DNA of 63,602 nt, filler included, from Lenisia limosa (Eukaryota > Protista > Breviatea): assembly GCA_001655205.1 (NCBI GenBank). It is 15 parts of 15 records of this genome, joined end to end, with 100 filler letters (N's around TTAATTAATTAA, not from the genome) between each part and the next. Parts side by side here need not be neighbours in the genome. Positions count along the whole stretch, not along the records: positions 21,427 to 29,133 come from LPNZ01011421.1; positions 29,234 to 31,246 come from LPNZ01010657.1; positions 31,347 to 33,706 come from LPNZ01000968.1; positions 33,807 to 39,096 come from LPNZ01005898.1; 11 more parts are not named here. The stretch is one strand, 5' to 3'. Every line of letters starts with the position of its first letter. Within the stretch, counting starts at the first letter, position 1. The position numbers and the translations under genes are program-made. Below are positions 22,376-34,015 of the stretch, piece after piece. The notes beneath the pieces were generated by a model that was given only the letters and a program-made list of their open reading frames with translations, was not told the origin of the DNA and made no database searches.

Positions 22376-24146
22376 TTTGGGTTCCAAAGTCCAACACTGA
22401 CACATTCAGAAGACCAGGCGCGTGCATTGTTCAAGGCCATTTCAACACAGGATATGGATTCCATTCGAGAGTTACTACATGGAAACAATGACCTTGTCAA
22501 CACCGTGTTGACAGTGGAGGTATGCTCAATGGATATGCTGTGTTTGGCAAGTATCCCCCGTCTCTTGCTTACGGCATATTATTACTGGGAACGAACCAGA
22601 AATCCAAATATACCCCTAATCACCCTCCAGCACTCAGTCTCAATATTCTTCAAAACATATGCCAATTGTATCCAATTAACATTAATTCAGTGATTATGTC
22701 AGTATTTTGGAGCGTTGCTAACACGCAGGATGACAGTGACGACCCACAAAGGGAATACTTGACACTGTGTCTCGCAGCAAAGGCTGGTTGCCCGGATGTT
22801 GTGTCTCTCCTGCTTGATCATGGAGCTACTGTGGATCAACAGATGCATGTGAGGGATGTGAAGGCAATATTTATTCCAAAAGATTGTTTTGTTTTTCTGT
22901 ACATTATCAAGATTAATCAAGTTTTTCAACTTTGAATTCAAGAGAAATAAAGGCGTTTTTCATATGTAAATACACTGCAGCCATGATGCTTGAGACTTGA
23001 TAATGTAAAAATCATCTGAAAAGTATTTAGATTAAAGATACCCTATATTCGATAATTGCCCGATGAATCCTTTTATTATCTACCTGGCATATTATATTCA
23101 CTAGTGTGTGGTGCACCGTATTATGGAGTTGTGATTATGTCACCGTTTTTGCCAATCTGCCCAAGATCACAAGTCAGGGCTGTACCGCGCTTTCGGCCGC
23201 GTGTTTTTACGGCAAACCGGAGGTAGCCGATGTTTTGCTACAAAGAGGAGCTAGTATTGATCATGAAGATGACTGGGTGGGTGGGACTGAAGTCCTGAGG
23301 AAAGGAGCATGTTTCCTATATTTCTTGTTCTGGATTGTTTTAACGTTATGAGGGAAACGTTGACGGAGTTTCACTTCAGGAAACTGATTTTCCAGAAAAA
23401 GACCCCCTTATACCGTGCGATAGAAGAGGGTCACCTCCCTGTCGTTATGTTACTTCTCAGCTACAACGCGTCTTTGGATAATGTCTCAATTGATGTGGGG
23501 ATGGATCACTTTATGTTAAGGATGGGAGGTGCATTCTATAAATATACGTGAAATCTTGAACAAAGGATGTAACTTTTTTCATTTAGGACTCAACTGCTCT
23601 GCATATGCTCTACGCGGCTCTTTTTTGGGTTTGTTGGGAGGAGATATCATATGCATATTATTCAGCCGGTTGTAGTAGTTTGAGTGAACCTGCAGTCTTT
23701 ACGATGCCGTTTAGAAAATAACAAACCATCAAAATGAGCTTGTATTTACAATATTTCTCCTCCAGAAAACTTGTAATGAACTTGTTTTTTCACAATTATT
23801 GATTCATATGACGCTTTAGAATGAGTTTGTCGGTTCACCTGAAATCGAGGACTCGAAGATAGCGCGTATGCTGACACTTCTTCTCATGTCTGGTTGCGAT
23901 GTGCTTGGTGATAAGGTGCGTGACAGTATGTACTTCTTTTTGATTACCCATCTTAACTGTGTCATTTTATCTTAGATACTTCATAATCGTCTAGCTCATA
24001 GGGTGCTTCACTCTTTCATAATTACAAAAAAAATAGTTTTTTTTATCGAGGACATTTGATTACTATCATAACAGTTGTAGCTTGTCAACATTGATAAGGC
24101 AGATCCTTGGAAAGGAGCGTTGATATTAGATCACGAGCTTTACTGA
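22376..24146 (+). CDS. Ankyrin-repeat protein
   Basis: Ankyrin repeats in successive exons: ALFKAISTQDMDSIRELLHGN, LTLCLAAKAGCPDVVSLLLDHGATVD, GCTALSAACFYGKPEVADVLLQRGASID, KTPLYRAIEEGHLPVVMLLLSYNASLD. Probable end GALILDHELY* (TGA 24144-24146). The start lies in the N gap. Confidence 0.9.
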
Positions 24147-24525
24147 TTATGAATGTATGAATGTGTTCCCGATGGTCCTTAAATCATTATTATCGCATTC
24201 TTCATTCTTATTCAAAGGTTGACCCAAGCAATCCATGAAAAAATATCGAAATATCTGGGCTTCTGGTGTTTGCTGAAACTTGGCTGCAGCTTGGCTGAAG
24301 GAAGAAAAAACAAACACAAAAACACAAAAAATCATCCTGCAAGGGCTCATAAAATCAACCTTGTAACTAACCCCGGTCCGGGTTTGCCCATCTTTGAAGG
24401 CGCTTTTGTTGAGACGCTTTATTATATTTTTGTGAACATATCAACATAAAAAACCACATCAACCCTTGTTGACCGACGAACGCCCGCACAAAGGCAAAAA
24501 GTCCAAAAGTCCCAACACCTCCCAG
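24147..24525 (-). CDS. Small three-exon putative protein, convergent with the ankyrin gene
   Basis: Phase-consistent splicing gives LGGVGTFGLFAFVRAFVGQQGVSTKAPSKMGKPGPGLVTSQAAAKFQQTPEAQIFRYFFMDCLGQPLNKNEEC...FIHS*. No start codon located. Confidence 0.4.
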
Positions 24526-24733
24526 CTACTTTTTCTCTAGCAGTCAGTTGCAGTAACAAAAACAAAAAGTCTCAAGAAAAGCAAGTAAAGTAAGTGTATG
24601 TGATTATGTGGGTGTTGAAATGATTTGATTTGAGAAGGACTATATTTATACATGTCTGATTTATCCCACAATATGCTCTTCTCCCTTTTTTGGAGGTCAA
24701 TACTGCTTTTACTTTAATTTGCTTTGATACTTT

Positions 24734-27700
24734 ATGGCGCATATTATGGGCATTGGCTCCATGTTCTCTTTACTGTTTGTTGTTGTTGTTCTTCTTTCTT
24801 TCATCTTGTAGATGGCTGGTATGCGGAAGAAGCAAAATAAAGCAAAAGGGAAAACAAAGCAGGGCAAACCTGAATAATCCAGGAAAAAAAAATGGAAGGA
24901 AACAGAATAAGACTTTCCAGCATGAAAAAGAGCCGAATTCCACACAAGAAGCAGAATCACCCGTCATAGACACTGAAGAAGATTCAAGTTCTTCCGAGGA
25001 GGAGCCGGCTCAAAATGAAGACCGAGAGGAGAGATGCAGTCGGCTCTTGAACAGAATTCCCAGATTCCTCAAGTATCGTCAGAGACAAACACTGAGAACA
25101 CTGAGAACACTAGCAACTTCAGCTACACCAGTACAAACGAAGCAGTCGCATCTCAGGAAAACTCATTTGTATGATGATGGCAAAATTTTAGTCTTAAAAA
25201 TGGAGTGGTCTTTTTTGCTTGTTTTAAAAATTGTTCTTTGTGTTGTCATACTTAGAATATGAGTTACCTCCTATTGTTTCTTTTTTAGCAAAAACAAAAG
25301 TCTGTGGGCCCAAAAAACAACCACCCTTCTTTTGTTATGATTTCTAGCAAACCCAAATGTATATGCATTTCGAGAAACTCGAGAAAATACACAAAACGGT
25401 TGGTCAATAATAGATATTTTAAATGCACTGTAATTGTCGTAATATTATAATTACTTCTCTTGACAAGTTGTTTTTTATTGTTTCATAGTGTACACTGTGT
25501 GATAGCGAGAGTGTCTCGGATAACGATTGGGAAGAAAAAAGGCTTGGTAAGGTTTAATCAGGCTTTATTTATGTGGCCTCTCTATCTCATATTGCCGTTT
25601 ATTGCCACAATACAAGCAAGTCAGATGGTCTCGCCCAAATCTTGCGATGATGTTGTCAAATAAAAATATGTCATATTGTATACATATTATATGTCCAAGA
25701 TATTGTATAATATGAATAACTCGTACTAAAATTGTGATGATTTTAGACAATACTACATATCATTGCCTCTACAATGACATCAACAAGGCAGTCCAGTTTA
25801 AACAAACAAGTTGGTTGAGTCTTTTGACGTATTCCATTCATTTTATTTTCCCGATTGAGGTGTGTATATTTTGACTAGAGTTCCAAAATCTTATCATTCG
25901 CAAACAGGTATCATAGATATCCCTCATGTAAATAATCCTCGGGTGTTGTGGGTTGATGGTATTTCTAATTGTCCTTCTCATCAAAACATAATTTTCCAGG
26001 TAAAAGCAGAGCTCCAAACCTGTTCAAAGGAAACATGTTCATGTCTCATGCTAGAAAAACAAGCACTGACTTCCTCATTCTCAAGAGAAGCGACGGCAAT
26101 GGGAAGAGAGCAGCAAAGGAGTATAGTGCACTAAAAAATCTGAAAGTAATGTGATATTGAAAACGGAGTCACATTTTGACTTATGATGCAGGATGTAAAA
26201 TTCCTACACAAATATTACAAGAAAATTTTGCTGGAATTGTGTATTTTTGTCTTCCCCACTGCTTAGTAGGTTAAGCTTTAAAGGATTATTTGACGGTTTC
26301 ATGAAAACAATTGGTATCTTCACCTTAGTCCACGATACAGATCAGCTCTTGATAGTTGTCGTCATTATCAATCTTTTTGACTGGAGGAGACCAATGATTT
26401 ATCGTGCTAGTTGCATCCCAATGACCCTTATTCACTTCTTAGACTCCATTGGTACTCTTTTCTGGAAATATGAAGATGTAGGAGAAACGCACAGTTGCTT
26501 TTATCTGTGATGATACTCACTATTTTCCAGCTGGAGTACATGGAAGCTCACAAAGAACTGTTCAAAGACTTCTCAGAATGGAAAAAGCTTCAGTTTATGC
26601 TGGCATATTACCAAGGCTGCGAAAGTTAGAGAACTATATAATACATAGAATTATACAGTGATTTATTGAGTCAGTTGTACATGATATTATAATACATCAA
26701 AGATAATATTTCAGATAACTTCGACCCTTCTATGGAGTTTCTTAGCGAAAAGTAGGGACACATTTGATCAAATAATATGTTTGTTGATTAAAAATCTTCT
26801 ACCTCTGTATTTTCTTTTCTTTCCCTTATCTGTCAAATCTAAGGATTACAAAATAGGAAGTTTTCTGACGTGAAGAGATACACATATACTTCGATTCCAG
26901 AGTACATCATTGCCCCAGAATTGGTTGGCTTTGATACTTTGATGAATACCAACACTAATTATGACGCTTATAATTACAGGTGATGAAAGAGCAGTTAGCC
27001 GTGTATCTTGATCAGCTTGTCTACTGCATGACTCGAAGATTAAATACTGAACAGTGGGCATCTTGAGCAGATTGGCTGTCTTTCTCTTTTTGTTTTGAGC
27101 AAAAATCTCGGTTATTTTTGTTTACGGTGATTCATTCGTTGTTATATTTTGGCATATAAAGTGAAACTGTGCGTTCAGTTTTTAAAATTGTTGGGATAAT
27201 TCCTCAGGGCAGATTTTCTTACGAAACCTCTCCCATGGGAATTTTTAAGCGAGATGTGCACCGTTTGGAGATAATACTAGCATCCTACCCCCGTAAAAAA
27301 ACTGTTAAATTGAATAAAACTTTGCATTATCGGGAAGGAAGGCTTGAGAGAGCACGAAGACCCTCTGTTTCAAAGAAAGCCAGGATTGGATGGATCGGGA
27401 ATTTTTCCTCCTTTGATTTAAAATTGTCGTTATCCGAGGCTGTGTTATATGAAAATCTACCCTAAAAATTGTTCCGAATGGTGCTTTTCAAAACTACACG
27501 CATGGCTTCAAATTATTATGCAAAAGAAAAAAGTGAAAAGTCCCTCAAATACATCAACCGAGAATACTTCAAAAGCAGTCAATAGTTTACTTTTTTTTAT
27601 CACAATATTATTAAATGTTATAGTGTGAACAGACCTACCACTGATGACTTGTTACGAGATCCCCTTTTCTGGAGTGAAGAAACTACTGTATGATTTTTAC

Positions 27701-28494
27701 TATTTATTTATCAAATGTTGTAATATTAGAGCATGGGATATATTTTCATAAATTATTGGTTCTAATTAGCCAGGCAGCATTCCTTCGCCATATGAAGGAG
27801 ATACCTGAGACCCGCTGGGTTGAAGAAGAGTTGAAAGGCCTACTGAATAACTTTTTGACAAAACTGACACACCACATTGAAGGAGGGTAAGAGCTAATTA
27901 CTTCTTTGATACTTTCCAGACAATACATGGCTACACCAACTTCAGCAACAGAATCGAGTATGTCACAACTGACAATCGCCACCCCTTCAAGTGCGTTATA
28001 TTACTTTGTGCTTTCTCTTCATTTCTCACAACGCAGTTTCATTGTTTCATTGTTTCATTGATGAAAATGTTACATATTGTTTTTAGGCGCGAGTCCAAAC
28101 AGCACCTCAGTCAGCAGGTTTTACGTCATCTCCATAATTATGAGAAACACGTGAGTTTTGATGACAAGTAGGGTGGTACATTAAATATTGATTTGGTACA
28201 TCATATGCCAGAATATGATATGATAGTATATATAATACATCATGTATCTAACGCTGTAGACCCAATAGGTTCATTCGGATAAGAAGAGCATTCCCCTTCC
28301 TTATCCAAATGGCGTTCTACATCCTAGTCTACCTCGATACTGACAAGAAACTACAAAACATCTTCACAGATGACAAGAAACGACAAAACATCTATCCCTC
28401 ACAGCACTATGCCAGTAATCGAATTGATTTGATTGAGCGAGCCATGATGAAACAAGAGTATGCTAAAGAAATGGGTCTGGACTCCTTCGACTAA
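24734..28494 (+). CDS. Putative pseudokinase plus KEN-like (IRE1/RNase L type) protein
   Basis: Phase-consistent exons from 26531: LEYMEAHKELF...KFSDVKRYTYTSIPEYIIAPEL (APE motif, no HRD seen)...LQIIMQKKKPTTDDLLRDPLFWSEETTAAFLRHM (compare IRE1/RNase L L.HP.FW..R..L)...RAFPFLIQMAFYILV (compare KEN RFP.LL...Y); TAA at 28492-28494. The 5' exons and start codon are uncertain. Confidence 0.55.
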
Positions 28495-28833
28495 GATTGT
28501 TGAGAATGGTTTGTATCATTAGGTGAATGTATTATTTGGAAGGAGGAAGGAGGGTAGGGAGGGAGAAAACTTGTTCTTCCACTGAGGGAAGTGAAGCATT
28601 TTGTTTTTACACTCACGGAAGTTTCTCTGTGAATAATCATTGTGCAGTATTTACATAACATACATATATATTATAATATGATATATTATATCCTATATCA
28701 CTGCCCGTGAGGAATCGAGGCCAACCGTTCATGGAGCCGGATATTATCATGTTGGGTGCAGAAGGTCTCCCAGAAGGGGAAGCTGAATTACACATTTGCT
28801 TAATACCCAAGTAAAATACATTTCAAAGACATC

Positions 28834-29065
28834 TTAATTCACGAGTTGCCCATTTTCAACAACCTAAAATGTGAAAGGCAACCCAACAATAAACATTAGA
28901 AGTCCAGTGAAAGCCAATAGTTAGAGACAACATGAGAATCAAGACAATGCAGTTTAGCCCAGAATAAGACGGTCAACCTACCTTCTTGCCGGCCTTGTAC
29001 ACAGCAGACACCTGGGGGTCACCAAGCTCGTAAATCAGATGTTGCCAGTTGTTAGCGTCGACAAC
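28834..29065 (-). CDS. AMDHD1: C-terminal exons of imidazolonepropionase (HutI/AMDHD1-like)
   Basis: VVDANNWQHLIYELGDPQVSAVYKAGKK spliced to VVENGQLVN*; resembles the AMDHD1 segment WEHLIYQFG...VIAKGK. Confidence 0.7.
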
Positions 29066-29465
29066 CTGGTCATGGGTCAGCGGGAGTAGATGGGTAAGGC
29101 GATATGGGATAGGGTCAGCGGGAGTAGATGGGTNNNNNNNNNNNNNNNNNNNNNNNNNNNNNNNNNNNNNNNNNNNNTTAATTAATTAANNNNNNNNNNN
29201 NNNNNNNNNNNNNNNNNNNNNNNNNNNNNNNNNAAAAACGTAGATTAAAGGGTCCACTATTGTGCATCATGTCTACCCCCCACCCCTCCCCATCTTCAAT
29301 GATATAATTTTGTTGTACAAGCTACTTATTTTTCTCTGTACAGAATGCGTGTTATTGGTATTTTTTCTTCCTTCAATTCATAGATATATTTACATTCTTG
29401 TCTCAAAATAAATATTATATCGATATATTTTTTAAGGATGAGAAATAAAACAAGGTTGCTCATAC

Positions 29466-31245
29466 CCCTCCAATTATATGTATGATATCGTAATAACCCA
29501 CGGGCAATGATGACGTCAAGAAGTTCTACAACTGCCGCAAAGAGACTAGGGTTCGGAATCTGAGGGGGGGGGGGGGGNNNNNNNNNNNNNNNNNNNNNNN
29601 NNNNNNNNNNNNNNNNNNNNNNNNNNNNNNNNNNNNNNNNNNNNNNNNNNNNNNNNNNNNTCACGAACCGAATAATCTGAAGTTTGAATATGTGGTGGAG
29701 AAAGGTAGGGGGTTAAAGTAGCGCAATAGAATAGTAGTAACAATAAATATGGCAAACAAACAAACAAAACAATATAATAAATAATTATAATAAAAACCCA
29801 GATTGTGGGTAACGAACCTGCAGAAGAGAGGCCACGACCCAAAACAGCGAAGCATTGAGCTTGGAGGTGGGAGAGAGACTTGCCTGGGGAGGGAGTGAAA
29901 AAAATGTAATAGTTCATCTCATACTACATAAGATATTTATAATTATTTTACATATATACACTTGTATTACATATTAAAAATTATGTTACATATCATATTA
30001 AAATAGTATCATTTAACATGATTTCCCAAGGAAAATCGGTCATACCCCGGTCATCGTATATCATATAGCTATGCTATGATACAGTATCCACCCCCCCCCC
30101 CCCCNNNNNNNNNNNNNNNNNNNNNNNNNNNNNNNNNNNNNNNNNNNNNNNNNNNNNNNNNNNNNNNNNNNNNNNNNNNNNNNNNNNNNNNNNNNNNNNN
30201 NNNNNNNNNNNNNNNNNNNNNNNNNNNNNNNNNNNNNNNNNNNNNNNNNNNNNNNNNNNNNNNNNNNNNNNNNNNNNNNNNNNNNNNNNNNNNNNNNNNN
30301 NNNNNNNNNNNNNNNTGATATATAATATGCATATTACCATATCATAAAAATATGCCATGTATTTATTTGTTTCCCTAGATATCTATGTATATTTTTCTCT
30401 TGTTTCAAAAAAATCATATAATATAACCAACCTTGTCCAAGGGCCCCAAGAACAACAAAGGCTCTGGTGTGTAGTGTAGTTTGCCGTCCAAAGGCTGCAA
30501 CCGCCGCTAAACTACACCAAGTTAATTAATGGGAAAAGGGACAAGACGTCCCCGTGGACGCGTGAAGTATAAACCCAACCTCCCAAAAAAAAAATAATAA
30601 TAATAAAAAAAATAATAATAAAACAATAGTCAAAAAATAGTGAAACAATTGCAAAAACAGTATCTTACCCCACCTCTGCCAGTTTCTCAGCCATTTGTTA
30701 TATTGGTCCCTGGAGTAGAGGGGCTCAAGCGCACTCATAAACTCCAGAAGCAACTTTGTGACTGGTAGGATTCTGGGGGGGGGGGGGGGAAANNNNNNNN
30801 NNNNNNNNNNNNNNNNNNNNNNNNNNNNNNNNNNNNNNNNNNNNNNNNNNNNNNNNNNNNNNNNNNNNNGCTGACAACACACGAGGGCTGATAACAACAA
30901 AACAAACAAAGTCCAGGCCAGTCGCTTCTGTAGCATCGCATCCCATTACTCCAGCGTACGTACAATGGGAAGGTTTATGAATCCATTTTATGATCGAATG
31001 CTTCACTTCGGTTCGAAAAAAACCAGGAAAATATTGTTAGTTTTCTAGGATTTATCGAGAATTTCAGTCTTTTTTTGAACTGAACTGAAGCCCTAGTTAC
31101 CCCTCAACCTTCTCAAGTCAAAAGGGTCACCCTCGCGGGTCATGATACGCTTATAGTCCTGTCCAAAAGAGACGGGGTACGCGGCGGCGTTGGAGGAAGT
31201 TACCCCGAAGAGCAACAGGGTACCCGGACGTGAGGCCTCGGCTAT
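29466..31245 (-). CDS. NF1: Neurofibromin-like RasGAP, internal C-terminal-domain exons
   Basis: LLLFGVTSSNAAA, KWLRNWQR, TLHTRAFVVLGAL, ASLSPTSKLNASLFWVVASLLQIPNPSLFAAVVELLD, versus remembered NF1 segments KWLDQW, LQPRALVVFGCI and [27 protein letters not shown]. Confidence 0.8.
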
Positions 31246-31358
31246 TNNNNNNNNNNNNNNNNNNNNNNNNNNNNNNNNNNNNNNNNNNNNTTAATTAATT
31301 AANNNNNNNNNNNNNNNNNNNNNNNNNNNNNNNNNNNNNNNNNNNNCCCCCCCCCCCA

Positions 31359-32105
31359 CTGAAGCGTGTTCCTGCCCAACAGCGTTGTCCAAGTTGGTGT
31401 TTGGATTTTTGCTGATACTATTGTATCCGTAACCGGTTAGGAATACTCTCTAAATAAACGTAATGCAATTGAGAAAAGCATGATAAATCATTGTTGAGTT
31501 AAAAACAAATTCAACGCATTCACTGAAATTACCGAGAGAGAGGCAATGTTGTCAATTAAAAACAGGGGGGGAAATTAATAAATAGGGTAGTAGGCCAGTC
31601 CCATCTTACCACCGTTTCAGTACCATAGTCAACGCCCAACGCTCCTGTGCAAAGTAGCTCTCCGTTTACGTAGACATCTGGGGAATGTGAGGAAAACAGT
31701 GAAAAGGCCAGAATTTTTCGCCAATTCAGATTGCGGTTCTTGGGAGAGAAAAATTGCAACAACAAAGCCCAAATCAATTCTGTTGGTTGACAATACACGA
31801 GGGTTGATAACAACAACAAAAAAAAAAGCCAGGGCCATTCGCTTCTGCAGCATTGCATCCCATCACTCCAGCGTACTTANNNNNNNNNNNNNNNNNNNNN
31901 NNNNNNNNNNNNNNNNNNNNNNNNNNNNNNNNNNNNNNNNNNNNNNNNNNNNNNNNNNNNTTCTCGATAGATATTCGATTAATATCGATATTTTACAGGT
32001 CTTTTTTTGACTGTAGGGAATTCCTATCGTTACCTACCAGTAGAAGTCGCCCCAAGAACATAGACAAAGTGGCTCAGTTTAGTTTCGTCCAGAGTAACTG
32101 TGGAA
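31359..32105 (-). CDS. Exons of an unknown protein (beta-rich)
   Basis: Exons with canonical junctions, e.g. DVYVNGELLCTGALGVDYGTETV and LISTVTLDETKLSHFVYVLG. Confidence 0.45.
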
Positions 32106-32931
32106 ATGAGTCTGGTTAGAAACTGTAATCTATAATGTATTATATCCGTTGCATGGAGGGTAGTTCTTGATCATAAAGCAAATATTCATGTAGTCAGTGG
32201 GACATATCAATACTTCAAGGGTAAATGTCCAAAGGGAATACAATATATATTCTAAAATATGTAAGTAATCAATAATCCCCCCTCCATCTCGGGGTTTGTC
32301 AAGGTCCCAAAAAAAGGCTTAATGGCTTGATAAACCATTTATATGATATGAAATACATTATATCTTGGCACTACCCAATATAGAGACTTGGAGCAATTTA
32401 AATAGTTGGTACATTTAACATCATTGTTCCTGGAGCAAACCTGATGCGAGAGAACACTCTTCTAAACCAGCCTTTACATGGTATCGAAGATTGCCGTCTC
32501 TAATCCAATAAATTTTAGCAGTAAACTATACACATAGGAGGGTACATGAGTGTGATTGGTCACATGAGTGTGATCGATTNNNNNNNNNNNNNNNNNNNNN
32601 NNNNNNNNNNNNNNNNNNNNNNNNNNNNNNNNNNNNNNNNNNNNNNNNNNNNNNNNNNNNNNNNNNNNNNNNNNNNNNNNNNNNNNNNNNNNNNNNNNNN
32701 NNNNNNNNNNNNNNNNNNNNNNNNNNNNNNNNNNNNNNNNNNNNNNNNNNNNNNNNNNNNNNGTATGTTATGTGGTTGTTAAGGTAGTAACTGGTTTATT
32801 GGTCTCTTTCCTTCATTATTTTATCAATACCATTGACCCGTTTTTCAATATTTTACCCATAAATGGTGTTTGTTCCCCCTTTTCTCCATTTTAGAGATTT
32901 TTTTTTTTTGATAATTTCAGAATAAAAGAAC

Positions 32932-33706
32932 ATGGATGAGTTTGAAATTGCATTCCATACACTTCCTGGAAAGGTTAGTAGCAATAGTGTAATCATTTGT
33001 TTATTGCACACTTTTTTTTGAAATCTGCATCTCCCAATGTTACTATTCTAGGCTCAAAATGAACTAGAATGGCTACGTTTGGAAATGAGAAGACAGAAAG
33101 AGAAATTTTTCAGTCTCCCTTATTATTCTCAAATTCATTCGATTTATTCAATTGCCAAGGATATGGGCCAGGAAGACACGCTTTCTTACAAAAAGGTACA
33201 AACGTTGCTTTCGGTATGTAAATTGTTGTTATTTTTTATATGCTTGTAGCTCTCATCTACTAATTTGGTCTCAAAATATAAAAATGGAGCAATTCCAAAG
33301 CACTCTGGGGGTCAACGCAAAATTCACGAAGATCTTGAACCGGCCTTTTTGGGTGAGATTATTCAACTACTTCTTGTTGGGGAGCACCTCTCAGCTTCAG
33401 AATTCAAAAAAATTGTTTGGATTAGTATATTATTTCTATTTTTTTTTTTAACTGTTTAGGCTTCGAAATTTATTAAAGAAACAACTGGAAATACAATTGC
33501 TCCCGAAAATTTTTCAAAGAATTACGTCCCGAGACTACTGGAAAGATTTCCTATTCTAAAATCAGTGGTATGAGGGGTGAAGTTATGATACAATTTTGAA
33601 ACGATTGACTGCTCAGAAACCTAATGCATTGGACCGATCAAGAAGCCAAGCCCACAATGCTGAACGCTTGATGCAGCATCTCTCTGTTTTGTCACATCTT
33701 ATTCAT
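32932..33706 (+). mobile_element. Intron-containing pogo/Fot1-like transposase, N-terminal part (Tc5-type HTH); truncated by the contig end
   Basis: Five phase-0 spliced exons: MDEFEIAF...GGQRKIHEDLEPAFLGEIIQLLLVGEHLSASEFKKIASKFIKETTGNTIAPENFSKNYVPRLLERFPILKSVKPNALDRSRSQAHNAERLMQHL. This parallels Fot1/pogo GR.P.L..E.E..L...G.P.....I..MA...VGKNWV.RFL.RHP.L......LD..R. The DDE domain is not in the window. Confidence 0.7.
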
Positions 33707-34015
33707 NNNNNNNNNNNNNNNNNNNNNNNNNNNNNNNNNNNNNNNNNNNNTTAATTAATTAANNNNNNNNNNNNNNNNNNNNNNNNNNNNNNNNNNNNNN
33801 NNNNNNACTGCATCCCATCACTCCAGCGCGGGGGGGATTGAGATGACGAATATTGGTGTAACGGTACTTATCACAAATTAAATAAGGGGAATAATATTAT
33901 TCATGACAAATTTGAAAGCACTTGATTCCCTGCAAATTTGAGAAAACAAAATCAACCCCCCCCCCGCTCCCATTTTTCATCGAAATATCCTTCTATTCAC
34001 CCCTCCCCTGCTCAC

